From contig CAYYLB010000002.1 of the NCBI GenBank assembly GCA_964472345.1, forward strand, positions 1 to 49,187: a DNA stretch of 49,187 nt, given 5' to 3'. A program made the translations under genes and the position numbers. A model generated the notes under the pieces. It did not search any database. It saw nothing but the letters and a program-made list of their open reading frames with translations, and was not told where the DNA came from. Each line of letters opens with the position of its first letter. Position 1 is the first letter of the stretch. The stretch comes from an uncultured Methanosarcinales archaeon. Its GTDB lineage: Archaea; Nanobdellota; Nanobdellia; Woesearchaeales; JAGLXL01. This document shows positions 28,092 through 35,097 of this stretch, piece after piece.

Positions 28092-28390
28092 CTCACTTCG
28101 ACCGTCTCCCCGGGAAAGCCGAGCTCGAGCAGCGCGGGCTTCATACGCGCCCGGTGGTCGCCCTGCAGCTCGATGTGGTCACCTTTCATTGTCCCGCCGC
28201 ATGCAAATTTCATTTTCAGCTTCCTCGCCAAATCGTTGGTGTCGATTCCCTTTCCAAACCCCTTAATGATGGTATAGTTCTTGCCGAACTTCCGCTTTTC
28301 GAGGGCAACGGTAATTTTTTGGCTCTCCTTCGCAATGGTCTCGCAGACGCAGAGATCCTGCGGGAGGCCGCAGTTGGGGCAAACGTTCAT
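28088..28390 (-). CDS. translation initiation factor aIF1/SUI1
   Basis: CPNCGLPQDLCVCE, KFACGGT, IELQGDH. Confidence 0.95.
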   Translation of the reverse strand: MNVCPNCGLPQDLCVCETIAKESQKITVALEKRKFGKNYTIIKGFGKGIDTNDLARKLKMKFACGGTMKGDHIELQGDHRARMKPALLELGFPGETVEVR

Positions 28391-28623
28391 TGCTTTGCGC
28401 GCCCTCCCCGCTTCCCGGACTGCATGGCAGGGTTCACCGAATCCGCGGCGAGCAGGGCGTTGATGCGTGCAAGCGTCTTCTTGACGGTGCGCACCTTGCC
28501 CGGGTTCTGGATCCCTGCGCCGAGGGCGATCTGCGCGTTTGTCTTGAGGATCTCCTTGCGCAATTCCTGCCGCTTTGCCGCGAGGTCAGTTTTGGGCAGC
28601 GCCCGCAGCTCCTTCAGCTTCAT
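28387..28623 (-). CDS. rpl29: 50S ribosomal protein uL29
   Basis: KELRAL, NPGKVRTVKKTLARINA. Confidence 0.93.
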   Translation of the reverse strand: MKLKELRALPKTDLAAKRQELRKEILKTNAQIALGAGIQNPGKVRTVKKTLARINALLAADSVNPAMQSGKRGGRAKQ

Positions 28624-29416
28624 GAGTGGGTTCCTCCGTCACCTTTTTTCTCGTTTTCGCCGCACGCGGCCTGGCCGCACGCTTGCGCGCCTTCCCGGGC
28701 TTCTCTTCTGCGGGCTTCTCTTCCGCCGCGGCGCCCGCCGTTGCCGGCTGCGCTGCCGGCTGTTCCGACGCTGGGCCGATGCCGGATGCAGCTGCAGGCG
28801 CCTCCTGCGGGGCGGCGGGCTGCTCTTTCCAGCGGATGTCATCAGGCAGGCGGATGTCGGGCGGCATGATGCTCACGCGTATCCCGACAATGCCGGGCTT
28901 CAGCAGTGCGGAGCGCGTCGCCTTGCGGACGGAAACCTGGGCGGCATCGCCGCATTTCTTGACATAACCCTGGTAAAAACGCCAGGAGCGTGCGCGGGCG
29001 CCCGGAAGCTTGCCCGAGAGGATGATCTCAACGCCGCGGGCGCCGGCTTCCATGATCTTCTCAATCATCTTGTGGCCGATGCCCTTGAAGCGGTTCGTGC
29101 CGTAGCGCTCGAGCGATGAGGCAATGCGTTCCGCGACGATATTCGGGTCGAGGAATATGTTGGTCACCTCGCCGATCTCAATCTGTGGGTTCTCGAGGTT
29201 AAACTGCTTCTTGAGCTTCCTCGTCAGCTCCTTGATGTTGGCGCCGCGGCGGCCGACAATGATGCTCGGGCGGCTCGCATAGATAATAATCTTCTCCCCC
29301 AGCGGCGTTTTCTTCATGAGTGTCTGTGAATGGCCGACGTTGCCGAGCGACTGGTCAATAAATTCCTGCACCTGGAATTCCCTCAGCTTCTGTGCGACAA
29401 ACTCACGTTCCATCAT
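28586..29416 (-). CDS. rps3: 30S ribosomal protein uS3
   Basis: TPLGEKIII, GRRGANI, GARGVEIILSGK, GIVGIRVSIMPP. Confidence 0.97.
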   Translation of the reverse strand: MMEREFVAQKLREFQVQEFIDQSLGNVGHSQTLMKKTPLGEKIIIYASRPSIIVGRRGANIKELTRKLKKQFNLENPQIEIGEVTNIFLDPNIVAERIASSLERYGTNRFKGIGHKMIEKIMEAGARGVEIILSGKLPGARARSWRFYQGYVKKCGDAAQVSVRKATRSALLKPGIVGIRVSIMPPDIRLPDDIRWKEQPAAPQEAPAAASGIGPASEQPAAQPATAGAAAEEKPAEEKPGKARKRAARPRAAKTRKKVTEEPTHEAEGAAGAAQN

Positions 29417-29925
29417 GATGCACCACTCCCCCGCGGTGCAGGAGGCTGCAGTGCGGTGCGCGGCCCGGCCTGCTGCTTCCTTTCCGGCTTCTTTTCCTGC
29501 GCACGCTCCTGCACCACAATCTCGATATGCGCCCGCTTCGTGACACGGCCCCGGTGCCGGCCTGCGTGTAGGGGGCGAGCGGCGCGGTGCGCTGCGATGT
29601 GCGCGACGACGAGCTTTGAGGTGTTCATCCCCTTGAATTGCGCGTTCACCTCAACCGACTGGAGCAGGCGCAAAATGGCCCTGCAGGTGCTCACCGGATA
29701 GCGGCCTGCGGCAATGCCCCGCTTGTGCCCCAGGTCCCAGCTGTAGCGCAGGTAGGGAACGGCACGCTGCTTCTTCGCCGCCTGCTCGAGGAGCACCTTT
29801 GCGGCGGAGAGCGGCTTCCCGCGGATCCAGCGGCACACCTCAACGCTGTGCTTGACGCTCACGGGGGCGTCGCGCGCAACGGCGCGTGCGCCTTCCATCG
29901 CTGTCGCATAGTGGTGGGATGCCAT
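29413..29925 (-). CDS. rpl22: 50S ribosomal protein uL22
   Basis: SVKHSVEVC, GRYP, NAQFKG, HIEIVV. Confidence 0.95.
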   Translation of the reverse strand: MASHHYATAMEGARAVARDAPVSVKHSVEVCRWIRGKPLSAAKVLLEQAAKKQRAVPYLRYSWDLGHKRGIAAGRYPVSTCRAILRLLQSVEVNAQFKGMNTSKLVVAHIAAHRAARPLHAGRHRGRVTKRAHIEIVVQERAQEKKPERKQQAGPRTALQPPAPRGSGAS

Positions 29926-30309
29926 TTATTTCACCGAAATCGCCGAGCTTGAGCGCGTGGCACCAATGCCCGGAGCGCTGTGATGGACCCCTTTCCGCGT
30001 CAATGCGAACTCGCCAAGCCGATGGCCGAGCATGTCAAGCTCAATCATGAGGGGAACAAATTCCTTGCCCATGTGGACCTTCACCGAGGTGCCGAGCAGC
30101 GCGGGAACGATCACCATGTCGCGGCAGTGGGTCTCGATGTTTTTCTTTCCGCGCTGGACACGCTTGAGGAATTTCTGCTCTGCGGACGTGAAGCCGCGAC
30201 GCAGCTTGCGGCGCTCACGCGAGGGAACGAGCTTCATAAATTCAGCGAGCTCCATGTGCTGGAGCTCTTCCAAGGTTTTGCCACGCCACCGAAGCTCTTT
30301 CTTGACCAT
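29926..30309 (-). CDS. rps19: 30S ribosomal protein uS19
   Basis: RGKTLEEL, THCRDMVIVP, GHRLGEFALTRK, GATRSS. Confidence 0.97.
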   Translation of the reverse strand: MVKKELRWRGKTLEELQHMELAEFMKLVPSRERRKLRRGFTSAEQKFLKRVQRGKKNIETHCRDMVIVPALLGTSVKVHMGKEFVPLMIELDMLGHRLGEFALTRKGVHHSAPGIGATRSSSAISVK

Positions 30310-30322
30310 TGGTTACCTTTGG

Positions 30323-31027
30323 TTACCTCTTCATGCCCGTGCGGCGCGGGCGCAGTTTCCCGACGTTCCTCCCGGGGGGAGCGTACCGCGGAGCAATGGT
30401 GGGACCGCGCTTTGCGCCGCGCGAGCTGCCGTAGGGATGGTCAACGGCATTCATGCTCACGCCCGAGACGCGCGGCCAGACCTTGTTCTTTGCGCGCATC
30501 GCGTACCAGCGCCGGCCTGCTTTCAGGAACGGCTTCTCGACACGGCCGCCGCCCGCCACGATGCCGATCATCGCCCGGCAGTCCGGGTAAAAGATCTTCT
30601 CTTTCTTTGACGGCAGGCGGATGACAACACCCTGGGGGTTTTTTGCGACAATCTTGGCAAAGGTGCCGCCCGCGCGGACGAACTTTCCGCCATCGCCCGG
30701 CTGCCTCTCAATATTGCAAATCATCGTCCCCTCAGGGATGTCTTTCAGCGTCATGATATTCCCCGGCCGGCTTGCGGCTGCACCTGACTGCACTTCGTCG
30801 CCGATGCGAAGGCCCTCGACGGCAACTGCAAGGCATTCCTCACCATCACCATACATGATGCGGGCGAGCGGAGCGCTGTGGCCGGCGCAATGCAGGAACT
30901 CCGTGATACGGCCCGTGGCATCGCGGAGCGTCGGCTTGAGGCGGGATGCGCCCTGCCAGCGGTGGCTCGGAGCGCGATACGTGCTTGAGCCTTTCCCGCG
31001 CTTTTGCTGGATAATGGTCTTTCCCAT
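30323..31027 (-). CDS. rpl2: 50S ribosomal protein uL2
   Basis: QKRGKG, DGGKFVRAGG, WPRVSGVSMNAVDHP. Confidence 0.97.
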   Translation of the reverse strand: MGKTIIQQKRGKGSSTYRAPSHRWQGASRLKPTLRDATGRITEFLHCAGHSAPLARIMYGDGEECLAVAVEGLRIGDEVQSGAAASRPGNIMTLKDIPEGTMICNIERQPGDGGKFVRAGGTFAKIVAKNPQGVVIRLPSKKEKIFYPDCRAMIGIVAGGGRVEKPFLKAGRRWYAMRAKNKVWPRVSGVSMNAVDHPYGSSRGAKRGPTIAPRYAPPGRNVGKLRPRRTGMKR

Positions 31028-31029
31028 CG

Positions 31030-31290
31030 CTACATCAGCCCCAAATCGGTTGCGACTTCAATCGCCGGCGAACCCCTGTCCAGTGCCACGTAGGCGCGCC
31101 TTTCGCCGCGTGCCGTATTCAGCACGTTCACGCCCGTGACCTTGACCTTAAAGAGCTGCTCGACCGCAGCCTTGATCTCATTGCGCGCTGCGTGCGGAGC
31201 CACGACGAAGACGAGCTTGTTCTCTGCCTGGAGGAGACGGACGCTCTTTTCCGTCGAGAGCGGGTGGCGTATGATGGCATAAGGGTCCAT
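31030..31290 (-). CDS. rpl23: 50S ribosomal protein uL23
   Basis: HPLSTEK, NKLVFVV, IKAAVEQLF. Confidence 0.95.
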   Translation of the reverse strand: MDPYAIIRHPLSTEKSVRLLQAENKLVFVVAPHAARNEIKAAVEQLFKVKVTGVNVLNTARGERRAYVALDRGSPAIEVATDLGLM

Positions 31291-31291
31291 G

Positions 31292-32098
31292 TCAGGTGAA
31301 GAGCCTCTCCTTGCCGAGGCGCTCAATGGCGTGCTCGGTCCACAGCGTTGCACGGCCCGGCATCGCCCCGGGCGCAAGGAGCTGCGCATTCAGCGCAGCG
31401 ACGTGCGCGACGTCGCAGCCGGAGATGTTGCGTGCGGTGCGGAGCAGCGGGCAGTCGCCGCCGACGACAATCAGGATGCCTTTTTTCTTCTTATAGGGAC
31501 GGCCGCGGGCCTTGCCCTTGCCGGCGCGCACCTTTTTCACTGCGGCGCGCTGCAATTCTGCATCAAAGCCGAGCCTGGCCAGGAGCGCAACAACATCCCC
31601 GGTCTTTTCGAGGCTTTCAATCGCAGTATCAATAACAAAGGGGTAGACCACAGGCAGGCGATGCCCGCGCATCGTGACGAGCTCACGGTTGATGGTCGCT
31701 GCGATTGCGCTGCGGATGGCCTTGCGGTTTTCCTTCCTGTTGATCTTCTGCTCCCAGCGCTTGGCCGCTTTTGGGGGATGGGAGCGCCTGCCTTTGTACG
31801 TGCCGGGCGCGAACGCAGCGACCCACGAGAAGCGGGTGCCGCGGTGGCTGAGGATCTTGCGGGGGACGCGGCTGATGCCGATGCCGTAGGAGCCCTTGTA
31901 GTCGCGGCGGCGGCGCGAGAGCTTTGCGCTGACGCGCTTGCCCGCCATGGGGTGCGCGCCGTAGGACTGGCGCTGCCTGCTCTGCACTGCGAGCACCGCA
32001 CGGCGGATAATGTCCGGACGGAGAGGCTCGTGAAACTGCGGCGGCAGCTCGAGCGTGCCCTGCGCCGTGCTGTTCCGGTCAAGCTTGGGGAGTTTCAT
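31292..32098 (-). CDS. rpl4: 50S ribosomal protein uL4
   Basis: RPDIIRRAV, GRRSHPPK, KINRKE, LAPGAMPGR. Confidence 0.97.
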   Translation of the reverse strand: MKLPKLDRNSTAQGTLELPPQFHEPLRPDIIRRAVLAVQSRQRQSYGAHPMAGKRVSAKLSRRRRDYKGSYGIGISRVPRKILSHRGTRFSWVAAFAPGTYKGRRSHPPKAAKRWEQKINRKENRKAIRSAIAATINRELVTMRGHRLPVVYPFVIDTAIESLEKTGDVVALLARLGFDAELQRAAVKKVRAGKGKARGRPYKKKKGILIVVGGDCPLLRTARNISGCDVAHVAALNAQLLAPGAMPGRATLWTEHAIERLGKERLFT

Positions 32099-33051
32099 AG
32101 GACAACGGTGCGGATCGCCGGGGCCTCCTTCGGGATGTTCTTATTCGGACGGATGGGCTGCGTCAGTGTCATGACGCGCTTGCAAGGCCCCGAAACCGAG
32201 CCCTTGACGAGCATGTAGGGATTCCTGATGAGCCCGTAGTGCAGGATGCCGCCGGACGGGTTGATGTCCTTTGCCGGTGCGCCGAGCCTGAGGATCCACT
32301 TGTTGTACTCGGTGCGCTGGTTGTAGCCCATCTTGGCGCTGTGCGGGGCAGTCCACATCTTCGGGCCGGTCCATGAGCCGCGGACGTTGGCGCGGCGCGC
32401 CTTCTCTGACTTGTGGTGGCGGAGCATGACGCCGTGGCGCTTCACCGGGCCCTGAAAGCCCTTTCCCTTGGTGATGGCGTGGATGTCAACCGCCGCGCCC
32501 TCCCTGAAGACCTCATCGACGCGGATCTCCCTGCCGAGCTTCTCTTTCGCGTAGCTGAGCTTCTGCTCCTTCGTCCCGCCGACGGCGAGCTCGGCGAGCT
32601 TGGGCTTTTTCGTCCCTATGCCGGTCGCCCCGGGCTGCGTGTGGACAAGCAGGCGGAGATCATCAAATTCAGCCATGTCTTCGAGCTTTTTCCTGACCTT
32701 CTTCGGAAGCGGGAGAACGCGGCTGAGCTCCTTGTCGGGAGCCGGTGAGAAGATGGTTGCGGCCAGCTGCGGGCCGTTGATCGTGTGCCTGTAGAAATTG
32801 ACGGCAGCGACCTGCAGCGGAGGGCACTCGATGATCGTCGCGGGCAGGGCGAGATCCTCTCCCTTGCTGGGCGACTTGGGGCGGTTGTCGATGGCAATGA
32901 CGTGGCACATGCCGGCCTTGTAGCCAAGGAAGCCCAGCGGCTTCGCATCCTTCTGCTGAGGCCACTGCCTAATCCGGGCGGCCTCGCGCTTCGCTCTGCG
33001 CCTTGGCCAGAACTGCAATGTTCCGTGACGTGGTGCGTGTCTCTTTGACAT
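32095..33051 (-). CDS. rpl3: 50S ribosomal protein uL3
   Basis: PRHGTLQFWPR, GYKAGM, TKGKGFQGPVKR, MGYNQRTEYNK, KGSVSGP. Confidence 0.97.
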   Translation of the reverse strand: MSKRHAPRHGTLQFWPRRRAKREAARIRQWPQQKDAKPLGFLGYKAGMCHVIAIDNRPKSPSKGEDLALPATIIECPPLQVAAVNFYRHTINGPQLAATIFSPAPDKELSRVLPLPKKVRKKLEDMAEFDDLRLLVHTQPGATGIGTKKPKLAELAVGGTKEQKLSYAKEKLGREIRVDEVFREGAAVDIHAITKGKGFQGPVKRHGVMLRHHKSEKARRANVRGSWTGPKMWTAPHSAKMGYNQRTEYNKWILRLGAPAKDINPSGGILHYGLIRNPYMLVKGSVSGPCKRVMTLTQPIRPNKNIPKEAPAIRTVVL

Positions 33052-33070
33052 GGGAATGGGAAAAGGCCCC

Positions 33071-33182
33071 TCAAGAACTTGCGCTGGCGGCTGCCATCAC
33101 AAGCCTTTTGCTGGATTCTCACTCCGCCGACTCGAGAGGATCCTTTTCAGGCTTTCGTACGCGTGATGCAAGCGCTTCTTGA
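33071..33182 (-). promoter_or_regulatory. structured 5' leader of the ribosomal operon (candidate r-leader)
   Basis: Six nested complementary segments; lies between TATA (33219-33226) and the rpl3 start. Confidence 0.55.
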
Positions 33183-33218
33183 TCACGTCGTGAGGTGGGA
33201 GCGCGGGAAGGGAGGGGG

Positions 33219-33226
33219 TTTATAAA
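33219..33226 (-). promoter_or_regulatory. TATA box of the ribosomal operon
   Basis: TTTATAAA in GC-rich context with AACC upstream on the minus strand. Confidence 0.6.
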
Positions 33227-33295
33227 GGTTGTGGTGGTGTGTGTTGTTGCTTTTTAGTAGTTAATTATATAAACACCTGGCTTATCAGTAGCGCG

Positions 33296-33964
33296 ATGGA
33301 GCAGAACGAGGGGGTCGAGGATGGATTTACCCTACGGCTTGAGGCTAGGCTGAGGAATGCGAAGCTTGTGAAGGCGCGGGAAGAGGTAAAGATGCGGTTC
33401 GGGCTAACGGAAAAGGATGTCGCGCGCGGGATGGGTATCTGCTTTACCAGTTTATACAGGTACGAGCGAATGCAGTGCTACCCCAGCCCCGCGACCCAAA
33501 AAAAAATCTGCGACTATTATCGGAAGATGGGGGTTTTCCTGCTTGAGGAAGATATTTTTCCCGAGGAATTAAAGGTGTTTAAGCCGCAACCGAGATACCG
33601 GGCCGAGAGGGTTGTTAAGAAGGAAGTTCTCCTCACTCTTTCAGAAGTTGATCGACGGCTGCTTCCCCCTGCCGAGTACAACATCGGCGACATTCTTCGG
33701 GACAGGGAACTCCGGGAGAGAGTGGATGCTGTTTTGGGCACGCTGACGCAAAGGGAGCGGGAGATCATTTGTATGAGGTATGGCATTGGAACGCCGGAGA
33801 TGACACTCGAGGAGGTGGGGGAGAGGCTGAACATAAGCAGAGAGCGCGCACGGCAGATAGAGTACCAAGCTCTCAAAAAATTACAGCATCCACTAAACTA
33901 CGAAAAGCTTGAGGATTTTTTTGATAGAGAGGGATGGAGAAGGATCGATAGACCTCTTTCTTAA
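33296..33964 (+). CDS. XRE-type HTH + sigma-70 region 4 domain protein
   Basis: N-terminal LTEKDVARGMGI..SLYRYERMQCYPS; C-terminal LTQREREIICMRYGI..TLEEVGERLNISRERARQIEYQALKKLQHP; TATA TTATATAAA upstream. Confidence 0.85.
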   Translation: MEQNEGVEDGFTLRLEARLRNAKLVKAREEVKMRFGLTEKDVARGMGICFTSLYRYERMQCYPSPATQKKICDYYRKMGVFLLEEDIFPEELKVFKPQPRYRAERVVKKEVLLTLSEVDRRLLPPAEYNIGDILRDRELRERVDAVLGTLTQREREIICMRYGIGTPEMTLEEVGERLNISRERARQIEYQALKKLQHPLNYEKLEDFFDREGWRRIDRPLS

Positions 33965-34084
33965 CCAAGCGTGTTCCTTCATTTTGAAGCAGCGGGCTTC
34001 ACCAGCACCGCAGGCGCCACGGCTGATGACTGATCCCATCCCCCACTACCATCTTACCCTTTCTCCCCGCGCGTGGGAGGGCTC

Positions 34085-34190
34085 GCCGAAGCGGGAGCCG
34101 GAGCCGAAGCGGCGCTGGCTGCGGCCCTGCGGATGGCGGCCCTGCGGGAAGCGCCCGCGATCGCCGAAGCGCTGCGGGAAGCGGGAGCTT
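34085..34190. repeat. degenerate GC-rich tandem repeats
   Basis: Recurrent GCCGAAGCG, GCGGCCCTGCGG and GCGGGAAGCG units. Confidence 0.5.
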
Positions 34191-34416
34191 TATATTTCAT
34201 AGATAAAAAACCATTGTGGTGAAACCTACGGGCCGCCCGTCCCCAGCTTTAAAACACACGCCGACTTTTTTATTGCTGACCTGCGAATGCATCCTGTTTT
34301 GGCAGGGCTGCCGTTGAGGGCATATCGTGCAGGAAGCAAATCAGATGACGGGTGGTTTGGTGAGTTCCTGCTCGTGCCGCGATGAGTGGTTGAACACGAC
34401 AGGTAAAAATGAGGTA

Positions 34417-34851
34417 TTACCCAAGCTCTGTACAGCTGCACTCGCAGCTCATCCTGGTCCCGATCGTCGTGCTACCGAAGCCGAAGAGCTTGGGCGGCAG
34501 GCACGCGGTGCCCATCTCGTACTGGCAGGCCTGCCTGCACTGGTCTTCGGCGCAGTCAGTGCATTCCACTGCGGCGCTGCCCTCGCCTTTGGATGTTGTG
34601 GTGTAAGAAAAGGAAGGCTTGCTGAGCGTTTCCTGCTGAGGTGATTCGGGCATCTGCGGCTCAGGCACAGGCTGCGCGACGGGCAGTTGCTCGGCTGCGG
34701 GAGGCTGCGGCTTTATCTGGACGGAGAGAGCGGGGGCCTGCGGCGGCTCGGCCGCTTTTTGCGCCGGCTGCGCGGGAGCGCAGGAAACGATAAAGATGGC
34801 GGCGAGAGCGAGGATGCCCATAACCATTATCCGGGGCGTTGTTTGTCTCAT
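34417..34851 (-). CDS. small lipoprotein with Pro/Gln linker and Cys-rich C-terminus
   Basis: Lipobox IVSC; PQ-rich stalk; CTDC..C..C..C..CECSC. Confidence 0.7.
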   Translation of the reverse strand: MRQTTPRIMVMGILALAAIFIVSCAPAQPAQKAAEPPQAPALSVQIKPQPPAAEQLPVAQPVPEPQMPESPQQETLSKPSFSYTTTSKGEGSAAVECTDCAEDQCRQACQYEMGTACLPPKLFGFGSTTIGTRMSCECSCTELG

Positions 34852-34895
34852 GGGAGAAAGGAGTGAGTGATTGTTTATAAGAGTATCTGATGCCG

Positions 34896-35027
34896 GGCGT
34901 TATTGAAAAGTTCCCGTTCGCTGCGCTCGACCTGATTGTCCTTCGGACTGGCATCGAGCTGGAGCCTGGCAGGCGTCCCGCTTACGCCGGCGCTCACTGG
35001 CCCATTGGCGAACTTTTCAATAACGCC
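34896..35027. mobile_element. 132-bp MITE-like element with perfect 18-bp terminal inverted repeats
   Basis: GGCGTTATTGAAAAGTTC (34896-34913) / GAACTTTTCAATAACGCC (35010-35027); no transposase ORF inside. Confidence 0.8.
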
Positions 35028-35097
35028 GACGCCGTTTCACCACGCCGCAACATTTGCTGTCGAAGAACCGACACCTTTTTATAACGCGAGCGCTTGA

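Noticed and set aside
33045..33050. TTGACA (-35 consensus) near the sigma-region-4 gene
   Set aside because: It is simply the reverse complement of the rpl3 start codons, and a single hexamer is expected by chance.
34085..34190. CRISPR array
   Set aside because: Units are short, degenerate and lack unique spacers; no cas genes in the window.
34226..34441. 71-aa ORF downstream of the Cys-rich lipoprotein
   Set aside because: No motifs or convincing start context; cannot be supported.
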